Source of the DNA: Pseudoduganella violacea
Lineage (GTDB): Bacteria; Pseudomonadota; Gammaproteobacteria; Burkholderiales; Burkholderiaceae_D
Direction of reading: 5' to 3'
Length of the DNA: 24,000 nt
NCBI RefSeq assembly: GCF_014191875.1
Contig: NZ_JACHXD010000006.1
Coordinates: 122,955-146,954 of the forward strand
Within the stretch, counting starts at the first letter, position 1. Every line of letters starts with the position of its first letter. Below, in pieces: positions 7,778 through 16,330 of this stretch. The notes under the pieces are model-generated. The model did not search any database, was not told the origin of the DNA, and saw only the letters and a list, made by a program, of their open reading frames with translations. A program made the translations under genes and the position numbers.

Positions 7778-8695
7778 TCAGAAAATTGGGTGGGGCAGGG
7801 TATGGTCGAGTTCAATGAATTGCTGGATCAGCCAGCGCGTGGCCGGCCCCGGCTCCTCATCCTTGCGGCGGATCACGAAGAGCGGATAGTGGAAAGTGCC
7901 GCCGTCCTGGATTTTCAGCTCGACCAGGCGGCCGTTTTCCAGGTCGTCGCGCACCACCGATTCCGGCATGCTGCCCCAGCCGATGCCGCCGCGCAGCAGC
8001 GCGTGCTTGGCGCCCAGGTCGCCCAGGCGCCAGTCGCGCAAACCGAGCACGCCGAAATCCTGGCCTTCGGTCAGCTTGCTGCGGTCGGTCAGCACCAGTT
8101 GCAGATGCTCGCGCGCGACGGCGTTGGGAATGCCGCCGTCCAGCCGTGCCAGCGGATGCAGCGGCGAACAGACCGGCAGCAGCGTGGCGTGGCCGGCCGC
8201 CTCGCGTTCCAGCGCATCGGGCGTGTTGACGGTGTAGCCGCTCAGGCCCACATTGGCGCGCCGCTCCAGCACCATCTGCGTGACCGCGCCCAGCGCCTCG
8301 GTGTGCAGGCGCATGGCGACCGTGGGGAAATGCTCCTGGAAGGCGTCGAGAATCCGCACCAGATGGCAGGTGGGGAACATCACATCGACCACCAGCGAGA
8401 CTTCGGCTTCCATGCCGGAACCGAGGGCTTTGGCGCGGGCGCGCATCGAGTCGACCCGCATCAGCACCGCGCGCGCGTCCGACAGCAGGGCTTTGCCGGC
8501 CTCGGTCAAGGTCGGCTTGCGCTTGCTGCGGTCGAACAGGGCGATATTCAGCTGGTCTTCCAGATTGGCGACCGTGTAGCTGATCACCGATTGCGTGCGG
8601 TGCAGGGCGCGCGCCGCATGGGCGAAGCCGCCATGGTCGATCACGGCGGTAAACACGCGTAATTGTTCGAGGGAGGGCAGGCCGGGGTCGCGCAT
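7778..8695 (-). CDS. LysR family transcriptional regulator
   Basis: 305-aa ORF with an N-terminal wHTH (LEQLRVFTAVIDHGGFAHAARALHRTQSVISYTVANLEDQL) and a LysR substrate-binding domain. It is divergent from azoR. Confidence 0.9.
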   Translation of the reverse strand: MRDPGLPSLEQLRVFTAVIDHGGFAHAARALHRTQSVISYTVANLEDQLNIALFDRSKRKPTLTEAGKALLSDARAVLMRVDSMRARAKALGSGMEAEVSLVVDVMFPTCHLVRILDAFQEHFPTVAMRLHTEALGAVTQMVLERRANVGLSGYTVNTPDALEREAAGHATLLPVCSPLHPLARLDGGIPNAVAREHLQLVLTDRSKLTEGQDFGVLGLRDWRLGDLGAKHALLRGGIGWGSMPESVVRDDLENGRLVELKIQDGGTFHYPLFVIRRKDEEPGPATRWLIQQFIELDHTLPHPIF

Positions 8696-8705
8696 ATATC
8701 AAGAA

Positions 8706-8722
8706 AATCGATGGATTTGATT
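8706..8722. promoter_or_regulatory. Candidate LysR-type box (T-N11-A-like dyad) in the lysR/azoR intergenic region
   Basis: AATC-GATGGATTT-GATT dyad lies between the divergent lysR and azoR genes. The arms are short, so this is weak. Confidence 0.25.
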
Positions 8723-8796
8723 CAGATAAAACTGGTTTTCTCGATACTAAACGCGAACTAAGATGAACGCAATCCCCACCCCATCAGGAGTTCATC

Positions 8797-9411
8797 GTGG
8801 CAAATGTACTGTATATCAATAGCAGCGTGCGTAGTTCCGGTTCCCTGTCGCGTCAGTTGTCGGCCGAGTTCATCGCCAAGTGGCGGGCGGCCAATCCGGG
8901 CGACACCATCGTCGAGCGCGACCTGGCGGCGCAACCCGTGCCCCATCTGAGCGAGGACATGATGGGCGCCTTTTTCACCGCGCCGGAGCAGCGCAATGCC
9001 GCGCAGGCGGCCGTGGTCAAAACTTCCGATGCGCTGGTGGCCGAACTGTTCGCCGCCGATGTGATCGTGATCGGCGCGCCGATGTACAACTTTTCGATTT
9101 CTTCCACGCTGAAAGCCTGGATCGACCATATCGCGCGCGCCGGCCTGACCTTCAAATACACCGAGAACGGCCCGCTGGGCCTGGTGCAGGGCAAGAAAGT
9201 GTATGTATTCACCGCCAGCGGCGGCGTGTACAGCGACGGCCCAGGCAGCGGCTTCGACTTCCTCAGCACCTATCTGCGCGCGGCGCTGGGCTTCCTCGGC
9301 ATGAGCGACATCCGCTTTATCCAGGCCGAAGGCGTGGCCGGGGGCGAGCAGGCGGTGGCCGACACCGTGGCCAAGGGCCGCCAGACCATCGAGGCGCTGC
9401 TGGCCGCTTGA
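8797..9411 (+). CDS. azoR: FMN-dependent NADH-azoreductase
   Basis: 204-aa ORF with a GTG start and CAGGAG 6 nt upstream. Motifs APMYNFSISSTLKAWIDHIARAGLTFKYTENGPLGLVQGKK closely parallel E. coli AzoR as I recall it. Confidence 0.9.
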   Translation: MANVLYINSSVRSSGSLSRQLSAEFIAKWRAANPGDTIVERDLAAQPVPHLSEDMMGAFFTAPEQRNAAQAAVVKTSDALVAELFAADVIVIGAPMYNFSISSTLKAWIDHIARAGLTFKYTENGPLGLVQGKKVYVFTASGGVYSDGPGSGFDFLSTYLRAALGFLGMSDIRFIQAEGVAGGEQAVADTVAKGRQTIEALLAA

Positions 9412-9418
9412 TGGCTTG

Positions 9419-9441
9419 AGGCCGCGGCGGCGGCCGTTTTT
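9419..9441 (+). terminator. Rho-independent terminator after azoR
   Basis: GGCCGC-GGCG-GCGGCC hairpin followed by GTTTTTT. Confidence 0.7.
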
Positions 9442-9501
9442 TGGTGGATTCCGTGGCAGCCGGTATCATGCTGGATACCAAGCGCGCCACGGAGTCCCGC
9501 A

Positions 9502-10362
9502 ATGAAACGCAAGCTGCACCTTCTCGTCATCGACCCGCAGAACGATTTCTGCGATCTGCCGGACAGTTATCGTCCCGAAAACCCGGCCACGCGCACCCCG
9601 CATGCGCCGGCTTTGCCGGTGCGCGGCGCGCACCAGGACATGTTGCGCCTGGCTGGCTTGATCAATCGCGGCCGCCATGGCCTGAGCGAAATCAGCGTCA
9701 CCCTCGATTCCCACCACCGTTACGATATCGCCCATCCGACCTTCTGGTATGCGGCCGATGGCGCGGCCGTGGCGCCTTTCACCGAAATATCCAGCGCCGA
9801 CGTGCGCGCCGCGCGCTTTCTGCCGCGCGACCGCGAAGCTTTGCCGCGCGCGCTGTCCTATCTGGAGCAGCTGGAAGCGCATGGCCGCTACCGCCTGATG
9901 GTCTGGCCCGTGCACTGCGAAATCGGCTCCTGGGGCCACAATGTGCACGAAGATGTGCGTGCCGCCTATAACCGCTGGGAAGACGCGGCGCTGGGCGTGG
10001 TGACCAAGATCGCCAAGGGTTCGAATCCGTGGACCGAGCACTATTCCGCCGTGATGGCCGAGGTGCCGGACGACGCCGATCCCGATACGCAGCTGAACCG
10101 CGGCCTGATCGCCAGCCTGGCCCAGGCCGACCGCGTGTATATCGCGGGCGAGGCGAGCAGCCACTGCGTCAAGGCCACCACCGAACATGTCACCGATCAT
10201 ATCGACCCCGCGCGCCTGGTGTTGATCACCGACTGCATGAGCCCTGTGGCCGGCTTCGAACAGCAGCAGCACGGCTTCCTGCAGGCGATGCAGGCGCGCG
10301 GCGCGCAGCTGGCGCAATCGGGCGATGTGCTGCAAGAGCTGCTGACCAACGCCGGCCGCTGA
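9502..10362 (+). CDS. Isochorismatase-family cysteine hydrolase, nicotinamidase (PncA)-like
   Basis: 286-aa ORF with VIDPQNDF (catalytic Asp motif), [11 protein letters not shown] (Asp/His metal-site-like) and a GEASSHCV catalytic Cys motif. GGAG lies 8 nt upstream. It sits immediately upstream of pncB. Confidence 0.75.
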   Translation: MKRKLHLLVIDPQNDFCDLPDSYRPENPATRTPHAPALPVRGAHQDMLRLAGLINRGRHGLSEISVTLDSHHRYDIAHPTFWYAADGAAVAPFTEISSADVRAARFLPRDREALPRALSYLEQLEAHGRYRLMVWPVHCEIGSWGHNVHEDVRAAYNRWEDAALGVVTKIAKGSNPWTEHYSAVMAEVPDDADPDTQLNRGLIASLAQADRVYIAGEASSHCVKATTEHVTDHIDPARLVLITDCMSPVAGFEQQQHGFLQAMQARGAQLAQSGDVLQELLTNAGR

Positions 10363-10399
10363 GAAGCCTCTGCACCATCCCTTACTGGAGAACTACCGC

Positions 10400-11590
10400 A
10401 TGATCCCCGTCGTCCGCAGCCTGCTGGAAACCGACCTGTATAAATTCACCATGTGGCAGGCGCTGTTGCACAGCCAGCCGAATTCGCATACCGAATACGA
10501 ATTCGTCTGCCGCAATACGCCGGTCTTCCCGCTGGCCCAGTTGAAGGAAGAAGTCGAGGAGCAGCTCGACCATCTGTGCGCGATGTCCTTCAGTGAGGAC
10601 GAGCTGTCCTATCTGCGCTCGCTGCGCTATATGAAGAGCGACTTCGTCGACTTCCTCACAGTGTTCCGTTTCCAGCGCAAATTCATCACGGTCGAAACGG
10701 ATGGCGAGCGCCTGGTGATCCACGCCGCCGGCCCGCAGGTGCACGTGATGGGCTTCGAAATCTTTGTGCTCTACATCGTCAACGAGCTGTACTTCCGCCG
10801 TTTCGATGAAGAGTCGGCGCTGGAAGAAGGCCGGGCGCGCCTGCACGACAAGCTGCGCGCGCTGAAGGAGTTCGGCAATCTGCCGGGACTGCGCCACCCG
10901 TTTGAATTTTCCGACTTCGGCCTGCGCCGCCGCTTCTCGGCCGCCTGGCACGATGAAGTGGTGCAAACGCTGGCAGCCGAAGCGCCGCGCTTCTTCAAGG
11001 GCACGTCAAACGTCTACCTGGCCAAGAAGTTCGGCCTGTTCCCGATCGGGACCATGGCGCATGAATACATCCAATCCTTCCAGGCTTTCGGCGTGCGCCT
11101 GCGCGATTTCCAGAAGGCGGCGCTGGAGGATTGGGTGCAGGAATACCGCGGCGATCTCGGTATCGCCCTGACCGACGTGGTGGGGATGGACGCCTTCCTC
11201 GACGACTTCGACCTCTACTTCGCCAAGCTGTTCGACGGCCTGCGCCACGACTCGGGCGACCCCGTGCTGTGGGGTGAAAAGGCCATCGCCCACTATGCCG
11301 CGCTACGCATCGATTCAAACACCAAGCGCCTGGTGTTCTCCGACGGCCTGGATTTCGACACCGCCTTCAGCCTGTACCGCCACTTCGCCAACCGCATCAT
11401 GACCGGCTTCGGCATCGGCACCCACCTGACCAATGATGTGGGGCTGACGCCGCTGAATATCGTCATGAAGCTGATCCGCTGCAATGGGCAGTCGGTGGCC
11501 AAGCTGTCCGATTCGCCGGGCAAGACCCTGTGCAAGGACGAGACCTTCCTCGCCTACTTGCGGCAGGTGTTTCACCATACCGCTTCCTGA
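10400..11590 (+). CDS. pncB: Nicotinate phosphoribosyltransferase
   Basis: 396-aa ORF with the N-terminus [24 protein letters not shown] and LRHDSGDP motifs typical of PncB. CTGGAG Shine-Dalgarno lies upstream. Confidence 0.9.
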   Translation: MIPVVRSLLETDLYKFTMWQALLHSQPNSHTEYEFVCRNTPVFPLAQLKEEVEEQLDHLCAMSFSEDELSYLRSLRYMKSDFVDFLTVFRFQRKFITVETDGERLVIHAAGPQVHVMGFEIFVLYIVNELYFRRFDEESALEEGRARLHDKLRALKEFGNLPGLRHPFEFSDFGLRRRFSAAWHDEVVQTLAAEAPRFFKGTSNVYLAKKFGLFPIGTMAHEYIQSFQAFGVRLRDFQKAALEDWVQEYRGDLGIALTDVVGMDAFLDDFDLYFAKLFDGLRHDSGDPVLWGEKAIAHYAALRIDSNTKRLVFSDGLDFDTAFSLYRHFANRIMTGFGIGTHLTNDVGLTPLNIVMKLIRCNGQSVAKLSDSPGKTLCKDETFLAYLRQVFHHTAS

Positions 11591-11596
11591 ACGCGC

Positions 11597-11899
11597 TTAC
11601 GCCTCGCTGGCGCCGTAGTGGCGCATGATGGCGTCCGCCTGTTCGCGGTGGACGTCGTCATCGACATCGACGCTGAGCAGGGCGGCGGGGCTGGCGAGCG
11701 GCTGGTCGGTATGATCGGCCGCATCGGGCGTCAGCGAATCGAAGAGATTGCGCACGGCGCTGGTCGACGTATCGGCCTGCCGCGCCTCATGCCGGTTCAC
11801 CTGCACCGCCGCCGCGCGCCAGCCGGCATTCAGCAGCGCTGCCCGCGCCTGCTCCGCGTCCGCGATTTCCTTGAAGTTGCGATGGATAGTTTTCGCCAT
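11597..11899 (-). CDS. Hypothetical acidic protein (about 100 aa)
   Basis: ORF with a strong AAGGAGGA Shine-Dalgarno 6-7 nt before ATG 11899; I prefer this to the track start at 11920. GC3-biased codons. No family I can name. Confidence 0.6.
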   Translation of the reverse strand: MAKTIHRNFKEIADAEQARAALLNAGWRAAAVQVNRHEARQADTSTSAVRNLFDSLTPDAADHTDQPLASPAALLSVDVDDDVHREQADAIMRHYGASEA

Positions 11900-12056
11900 A
11901 AAATCCTCCTTTCGCGCCATTATGCGCGCTTAGTCATAAAAGCATTGTTCGTTTCCATTGCGCTATCCGCCTACCAATTTCTTCTAAGCCTAGATAGTTT
12001 ACATATGTTAATTTTAGTTGTATTGTCGCAAAGGTATTTGGCAAAGAAGGCAATTT

Positions 12057-12299
12057 ATGGTCAAGGAAGTATTGCTGGTGTTGGCCTTGCTGGCATCCGT
12101 GCCGGTGGCGGCTGAGGGACAGGCAGCGAGCAGTCTGCCTTTGCGCAGTGACTTGCTTGAGAGCGCTGCAAGCAAGGAGAAACCGGCGCAAAAGCCCGAG
12201 CGCGCCAGCATTCCTGAAGAGCGCGTGCCTGAACCCAGTCCGATGGCCATCCTGGCCACGATCCTCTTGGGCCTGGCGCTGGTACGCATGAAGCATTGA
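12057..12299 (+). CDS. Small PEP-CTERM sorting-domain protein (80 aa)
   Basis: Signal peptide MVKEVLLVLALLASVPVAAEG and C-terminal VPEPSPMAILATILLGLALVRMKH (PEP motif, TM helix, basic tail). AAGAAGG lies upstream of ATG 12057. The track start at 12018 would add a non-signal extension. Confidence 0.7.
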   Translation: MVKEVLLVLALLASVPVAAEGQAASSLPLRSDLLESAASKEKPAQKPERASIPEERVPEPSPMAILATILLGLALVRMKH

Positions 12300-12314
12300 G
12301 GACAGGAAGTGAAA

Positions 12315-12333
12315 ACGGGGCGCAAGGCCCCGT
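12315..12333. terminator. Bidirectional hairpin terminator between convergent genes
   Basis: ACGGGGC-GCAAG-GCCCCGT. The flank is TGTGTT on the plus strand and TTTTCAC on the minus strand. Confidence 0.6.
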
Positions 12334-12341
12334 TGTGTTGA

Positions 12342-12641
12342 TCAGAAGCCGTTCAAGGCATTCTGCGTATGCTCGACCCTGGGTGGCGCGGCAAAGAAGG
12401 GGCCGACCAGCGCGCGCCAGGCGGTGAAAGTCTCGCTGCTGCGGAACTGCACGGTATGATGCTCCAGCGTCTCCCAGCCGATCACGAGGTGGTAAGTATC
12501 CTGCCGTTCGATGATGCGTTCCAGCCGCATCGACAAGCACCCCGGCGAAGCACGGAACAGCGGCACAGCTTCGCGCACCGCCGCCTCAAAGTCAGCATGG
12601 ACATCGGGTTTGATCTGGATTTCAGCGATTTCATAAATCAT
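12342..12641 (-). CDS. Antibiotic biosynthesis monooxygenase (ABM) domain protein
   Basis: About 99-aa ORF, MIYEIAEIQIKPDVHADFEAAV...LVIGWETLEHHT.FR.S..F..WR, with the ABM/dimeric alpha-beta barrel pattern. GGAG lies 7 nt upstream of ATG 12641. Confidence 0.8.
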   Translation of the reverse strand: MIYEIAEIQIKPDVHADFEAAVREAVPLFRASPGCLSMRLERIIERQDTYHLVIGWETLEHHTVQFRSSETFTAWRALVGPFFAAPPRVEHTQNALNGF

Positions 12642-12724
12642 AAGCAGCTCCGCAGTTGGCAACCGCCTATTCTGACACGAAATTCCGCCTCCCTACAGCC
12701 GAGCCAGCTTGCCAGCTCTTTGAT

Positions 12725-12790
12725 CCAAATCAAACAATGTCCGACCCTCGTGCCTGACACCAGGGTGGACATTTTTTGATTTGGCGCAAA
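12725..12790. repeat. REP-like extragenic palindrome, copy 3, with extended arms and the conserved flank
   Basis: CCAAATCAAACAATGTCCGACCCTCGTG-CCTGA-CACCAGGGTGGACATTTTTTGATTTGG is followed by CGCAAA. The core differs from copy 2 by 2 substitutions and 1 indel. It ends 2 nt before the receptor stop codon (12793-12795). Confidence 0.8.
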
Positions 12791-12792
12791 GC

Positions 12793-14880
12793 TTAGAAGT
12801 TGTAGCGGGCGGTGAGCTGGACGTTGCGGGGGGCGCCGGGCAGGTTCAGCAACTTGCTGCTGCCGTGGCCGGCGGCGATGTAGTTGCGGTCGAACAGGTT
12901 GTTGATGTTCAGTTGCAGATCGAGGCCGCGCACGCGGTAGGCCAGCATGGCGTCGGCCGTCACGTAGCTTGGCAGCGTCACCGTGTTGCCGGGGTTGGCA
13001 AAGCGGTCGGCTACGTAGTTGACGCCGGCGCCGGCGCTGAAGCCGCCGCCGAGCGCTTTGCTGACCCACAGGTTCATGCTTTGTTTCGGCGTCAGCGTGG
13101 GGCGCTTGCCTTGCACGAACTGGCCGTCATCCTTGGCGAAGGACTTGCTCACTTCCGCGTCCATGTAGGCGTAGCCGCCGAATACTTGCCAGCCTTGGCC
13201 CAGGTCGCCGGTGAAGCTCAGCTCCAGGCCATTGGTCTTTTGCGTGCCGATCGGGATCAGCTTGTTGCTGACCGGGTCGGTGGACTTGATATTCGTGCGT
13301 TCGAGCTGGTACAGCGAGGCGGTGGCCGAGGCGCGGCCGCCGAAGAAGTCGAACTTGGCGCCGATTTCCTTGTTGCTGGTTTCTTCCGGCTCGATATTGG
13401 CGGCGTTGGCGGCCAGCGGCAGGCTTTCGGCCGAGGGCTGGAAGGATTTGCTGTAGGAGACGTAGTAGGACTGGTCCTGGCGCGGCTGGTACACCAGGCC
13501 GGCGCGCGGGCTCCAGGCGCGGTCGGTGCGGCTCAGGTTGGCCTGGCCGGCGCGGCGCTCTTCGGTTTCCTGCTTGAATTTGTCGAAGCGGGCGCCGACC
13601 AGGGCTTTCCATTCCGGCGTCAGCGTGGCCAGATCCTGCACATAGGCGCTGGAAACGGTCAGGATGCCGAGGTTGTCGGTCGAGGGCGCGGCCGTCACAC
13701 TAAAGGGCAGCTTCGGCGCAACTGGCTTGAACAGGTCGACGGTGGCGACATTGTTTTGGCTGCGGAACAATTGGTCCTTGTTCTGCTTGCCGAATTCCAC
13801 GCCGTAAAGGATCTGGTGCGGCATGCCGCCGATCACGGCTTTCTGGACCAGTTCGGTCTGGTTGAAGATGCCGTCTTCGGCGCGCTTCACATTGCTGCGG
13901 TTGAGCGAGGCGGTCTTCGCCACTTCATTGACCGCGCCGACCAGGGTGTTGTTGCGGTCGAGCTTGTAGTCGTACTGGCGCAGGGCGTTGCGCAGGGTCA
14001 GGTTGTCGTTGATGCGGTGGTTCAGCACCATGCCGAAGGAGGTCACGCGCGACTGGCTGTAGTCGAAGTCGCGGGCATTGGCGGCGCCGTAGTAGGTCGA
14101 GGGATCGACATCGACCGCGCGGTCTTTATAGGCCGGGATGCCGAAGTCGGTCACGCGGCGGTCGGAGATGTATTCGGCTTGCAGCAGCAGGCTGGTGTCC
14201 GGCGTCAGCTTGAACAGCACGGATGGCGACAGCGCTTCGCGCTTGAGGAATTGCTGGTCGCGGAAGCTGTCGGCGTCTTCCTTGGCGCCGGTGACGCGGA
14301 AGGCGGCGCCCTTGTCCTCGAAGTTGCGGGCCAGGTCGAATTCGCCGCGCTTCTGGCTCCAGCTGCCGACGGTCAGGCTGACTTCGGTCTTGTCGATGCC
14401 GGGCTTCTTGGTGATGCGGTTGATCAGGCCGCCGGAAGAGCCGCGGCCGTAGAGCACGGAGGCCGGGCCTTTCAGCACTTCGACCTGCTCCACATTGGAC
14501 AGGTCGCGGAAGTACATGGCGTCGTCGCGCATGCCGTCGATGAATTGGTCGCCCAGGGCGCTGAAGCCGCGGATGGTGATCTGGTCGCGCTGGCCGTCAC
14601 CGTGAGACAGGCCGATGCCCGGCACGGCCTTCATCGCGTCCTGCATCGAGTGCGCGCCCTGGTCGCGCAGCAGGGTTTGCGGCACCACGTTCACCGTTTG
14701 CGGAATGTCGCGCAGAGGGGCGTCGATCTTGGTGGCGCTGGTGGCGCTGACCGGGTTGTACGGCGTTTCCTTGACGGCGCCGACGGTGACGGTCGGCATG
14801 GCCTGGTCGGTGCTGTCGGCGTGGGCGGGGAATTGCTGGAGGGCGAGGGCGATCATCAGCGCCAGCGGCGTCTTCTTCAT
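12793..14880 (-). CDS. TonB-dependent siderophore receptor
   Basis: Signal peptide MKKTPLALMIALALQQFPAHA, a plug domain (ATKIDAPLRDIPQTVNVV, EVLKGPASVLYGRGSSGG), a long beta-barrel and a terminal aromatic residue (...ARYNF). I chose the start at ATG 14880. Confidence 0.9.
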   Translation of the reverse strand: MKKTPLALMIALALQQFPAHADSTDQAMPTVTVGAVKETPYNPVSATSATKIDAPLRDIPQTVNVVPQTLLRDQGAHSMQDAMKAVPGIGLSHGDGQRDQITIRGFSALGDQFIDGMRDDAMYFRDLSNVEQVEVLKGPASVLYGRGSSGGLINRITKKPGIDKTEVSLTVGSWSQKRGEFDLARNFEDKGAAFRVTGAKEDADSFRDQQFLKREALSPSVLFKLTPDTSLLLQAEYISDRRVTDFGIPAYKDRAVDVDPSTYYGAANARDFDYSQSRVTSFGMVLNHRINDNLTLRNALRQYDYKLDRNNTLVGAVNEVAKTASLNRSNVKRAEDGIFNQTELVQKAVIGGMPHQILYGVEFGKQNKDQLFRSQNNVATVDLFKPVAPKLPFSVTAAPSTDNLGILTVSSAYVQDLATLTPEWKALVGARFDKFKQETEERRAGQANLSRTDRAWSPRAGLVYQPRQDQSYYVSYSKSFQPSAESLPLAANAANIEPEETSNKEIGAKFDFFGGRASATASLYQLERTNIKSTDPVSNKLIPIGTQKTNGLELSFTGDLGQGWQVFGGYAYMDAEVSKSFAKDDGQFVQGKRPTLTPKQSMNLWVSKALGGGFSAGAGVNYVADRFANPGNTVTLPSYVTADAMLAYRVRGLDLQLNINNLFDRNYIAAGHGSSKLLNLPGAPRNVQLTARYNF

Positions 14881-14948
14881 GGGATTGTCCTGTTGTGGTG
14901 GAAGCTGGCTACGATCATCCACGCAGGACTTTGGCTGGCTTTATTTTT

Positions 14949-14967
14949 TTAAATGAGAATCATTAGC
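14949..14967. promoter_or_regulatory. Putative Fur box upstream of the siderophore receptor
   Basis: TTAAATGAGAATCATTAGC matches the consensus GATAATGATAATCATTATC at 14 of 19 positions by hand. The core TGAGAATCATTAGC matches at 12 of 14. It lies about 70 nt upstream of the receptor start. Confidence 0.6.
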
Positions 14968-15029
14968 ATCAAATTATCCCGAAATGACTACCTTGTTGCA
15001 AGTAAATGATGCAGTTTCGATGAGAAATA

Positions 15030-16241
15030 TTAGGAAATTGCCTCACAGACAGCCTTGACTCTTGGTAAAGTCGCGCGCCAAAAGATCAGCGCGGCCAGGC
15101 TGACGCCCGCGCCCAGCATGCAGACGCCGCTCCAGCCATACGCCGCATGAATGCTGGTGGTGGCGATGGCGCCCGCGCCGCTGCCGGCGGCGTAGAACAG
15201 CATATAGCCGCCGATCAGCCGGCTGTGCGCCTGGCTGGTCCCGCTCAGGATCATGCTCTGGTTGGTTACATGCAGGGCTTGCGCCGCCAGGTCGAGCAGG
15301 ATGATGCCAAGCACCAGCGCCGCCAGCGATGTCGCGCCCCAGGCCAAGGGCAGCCAGGCGGCCAGCATCAGCAGCAGGGCGGCGCCGCTGGTGCGCTGGC
15401 CCAGTCCCCGGTCGGCCAGGGCGCCCGCGCGCGCCGCGCCCAGCGCGCCGGCCGCGCCGATCAGGCCGAAGGCGCCGATGGCCGTGTGCGACAAGGCATA
15501 GGGCGGGGCGCTCAGCAGCAGCACCAGGGCGCTCCAGAAGATGTTCAGGGCGGCGAACAGCAGCAGGCCCAACGTGCCGCGTACCTGCAGGGTGCGTTCG
15601 GTTTTCAGCAGCGTGAACATGGACAGCAGCAATTGTCCATAGCGCAGGCGTGGCGCACTGTCGCCGGCGGCGGCAAGCTGCTGCTGTTGCTGCGGCAGGG
15701 CGCGGCGCAAGGCCAGCAGCATGATGGCGCTGAGCGCGGCCGACAGAAAATACACGGCGCGCCAGCCCGCCACATCGGCCACGGCACCGGACAACACGCG
15801 CGCCAGCAGCAGGCCCAGCATCACGCCGGCCTGCACGGTGCCGACCACCTGGCCCCGCTGCGCGGGCGCGGCCACGCTGGCGGCATAGCTGATCAGTCCC
15901 TGGGTCATTGCGGTGCCGAGCAGGCCCGCGCCCAGCATGCCGAGTAGCAGCAGGGTGGGCGAGGCGGCGCAGCCCAGCGCCAGCAGCGTCAGGCATAGAG
16001 CCAGCAACTGCGCCATGGTCAGGCGCTTGCGGTCGAGCAGATCGCCCAGCGGCACGAGCAGCAGCAGTGCCAGCGCGCAGCCGATTTGCGTGGCGGTGAC
16101 CACCAGGCCCACGTTCGCATGGCTGAAACCGAAATCGGCGGCGAAGGCGTCCAGCAGGGGCTGGGCGTAATACACATTCGCCACGCTGAATGCGGCGGCG
16201 ATGGCAAACAGCAGGACTAGACTGCGGGATAGGGCGGACAT
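15030..16241 (-). CDS. MFS transporter
   Basis: 403-aa ORF with about 12 hydrophobic segments and the MFS loop motif PLGDLLDRKR. It is divergent from an HxlR regulator gene. Confidence 0.9.
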   Translation of the reverse strand: MSALSRSLVLLFAIAAAFSVANVYYAQPLLDAFAADFGFSHANVGLVVTATQIGCALALLLLVPLGDLLDRKRLTMAQLLALCLTLLALGCAASPTLLLLGMLGAGLLGTAMTQGLISYAASVAAPAQRGQVVGTVQAGVMLGLLLARVLSGAVADVAGWRAVYFLSAALSAIMLLALRRALPQQQQQLAAAGDSAPRLRYGQLLLSMFTLLKTERTLQVRGTLGLLLFAALNIFWSALVLLLSAPPYALSHTAIGAFGLIGAAGALGAARAGALADRGLGQRTSGAALLLMLAAWLPLAWGATSLAALVLGIILLDLAAQALHVTNQSMILSGTSQAHSRLIGGYMLFYAAGSGAGAIATTSIHAAYGWSGVCMLGAGVSLAALIFWRATLPRVKAVCEAIS

Positions 16242-16260
16242 GGATGGCTTCCTTAATGTG

Positions 16261-16312
16261 GTTGCAAATTAAAACTGGTTGAAGCATAGGGAATGTAGTT
16301 TTAAAATGCAAC
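16261..16312. promoter_or_regulatory. Long inverted repeat in the MFS/HxlR intergenic region, a candidate HxlR operator
   Basis: GTTGCAAATTAAAACT (16261-16276) and AGTTTTAAAATGCAAC (16297-16312) are complementary at 14 of 16 positions and separated by 20 nt. Confidence 0.45.
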
Positions 16313-16330
16313 CAAAACCATGGGGGAGAT

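Noticed and set aside
9453-9470. TGGCAG...TGC resembling a sigma54 -24/-12 element upstream of the nicotinamidase-like gene
   Set aside because: The GG-to-GC spacing is 3 nt too long for an RpoN promoter.
12039-12054. TGGCAA-N-GCAA upstream of the small PEP-CTERM gene as a possible sigma54 site
   Set aside because: The GG-to-GC spacing is 2 nt too short, and it overlaps the presumed ribosome-binding site.
12781-14952. 723-aa plus-strand ORF; likewise 20301-22163 (620 aa)
   Set aside because: Both are mirror-strand shadow ORFs of the two TonB-dependent receptor genes. They have the same degenerate composition (runs of A/G/V/D/Q/H), whereas the opposite strand carries unambiguous receptor motifs.
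15002-15020. Second Fur-like sequence GTAAATGATGCAGTTTCGA
   Set aside because: It matches the 19-mer consensus at only about 9 of 19 positions by hand alignment, which is no better than expected in AT-rich intergenic DNA.
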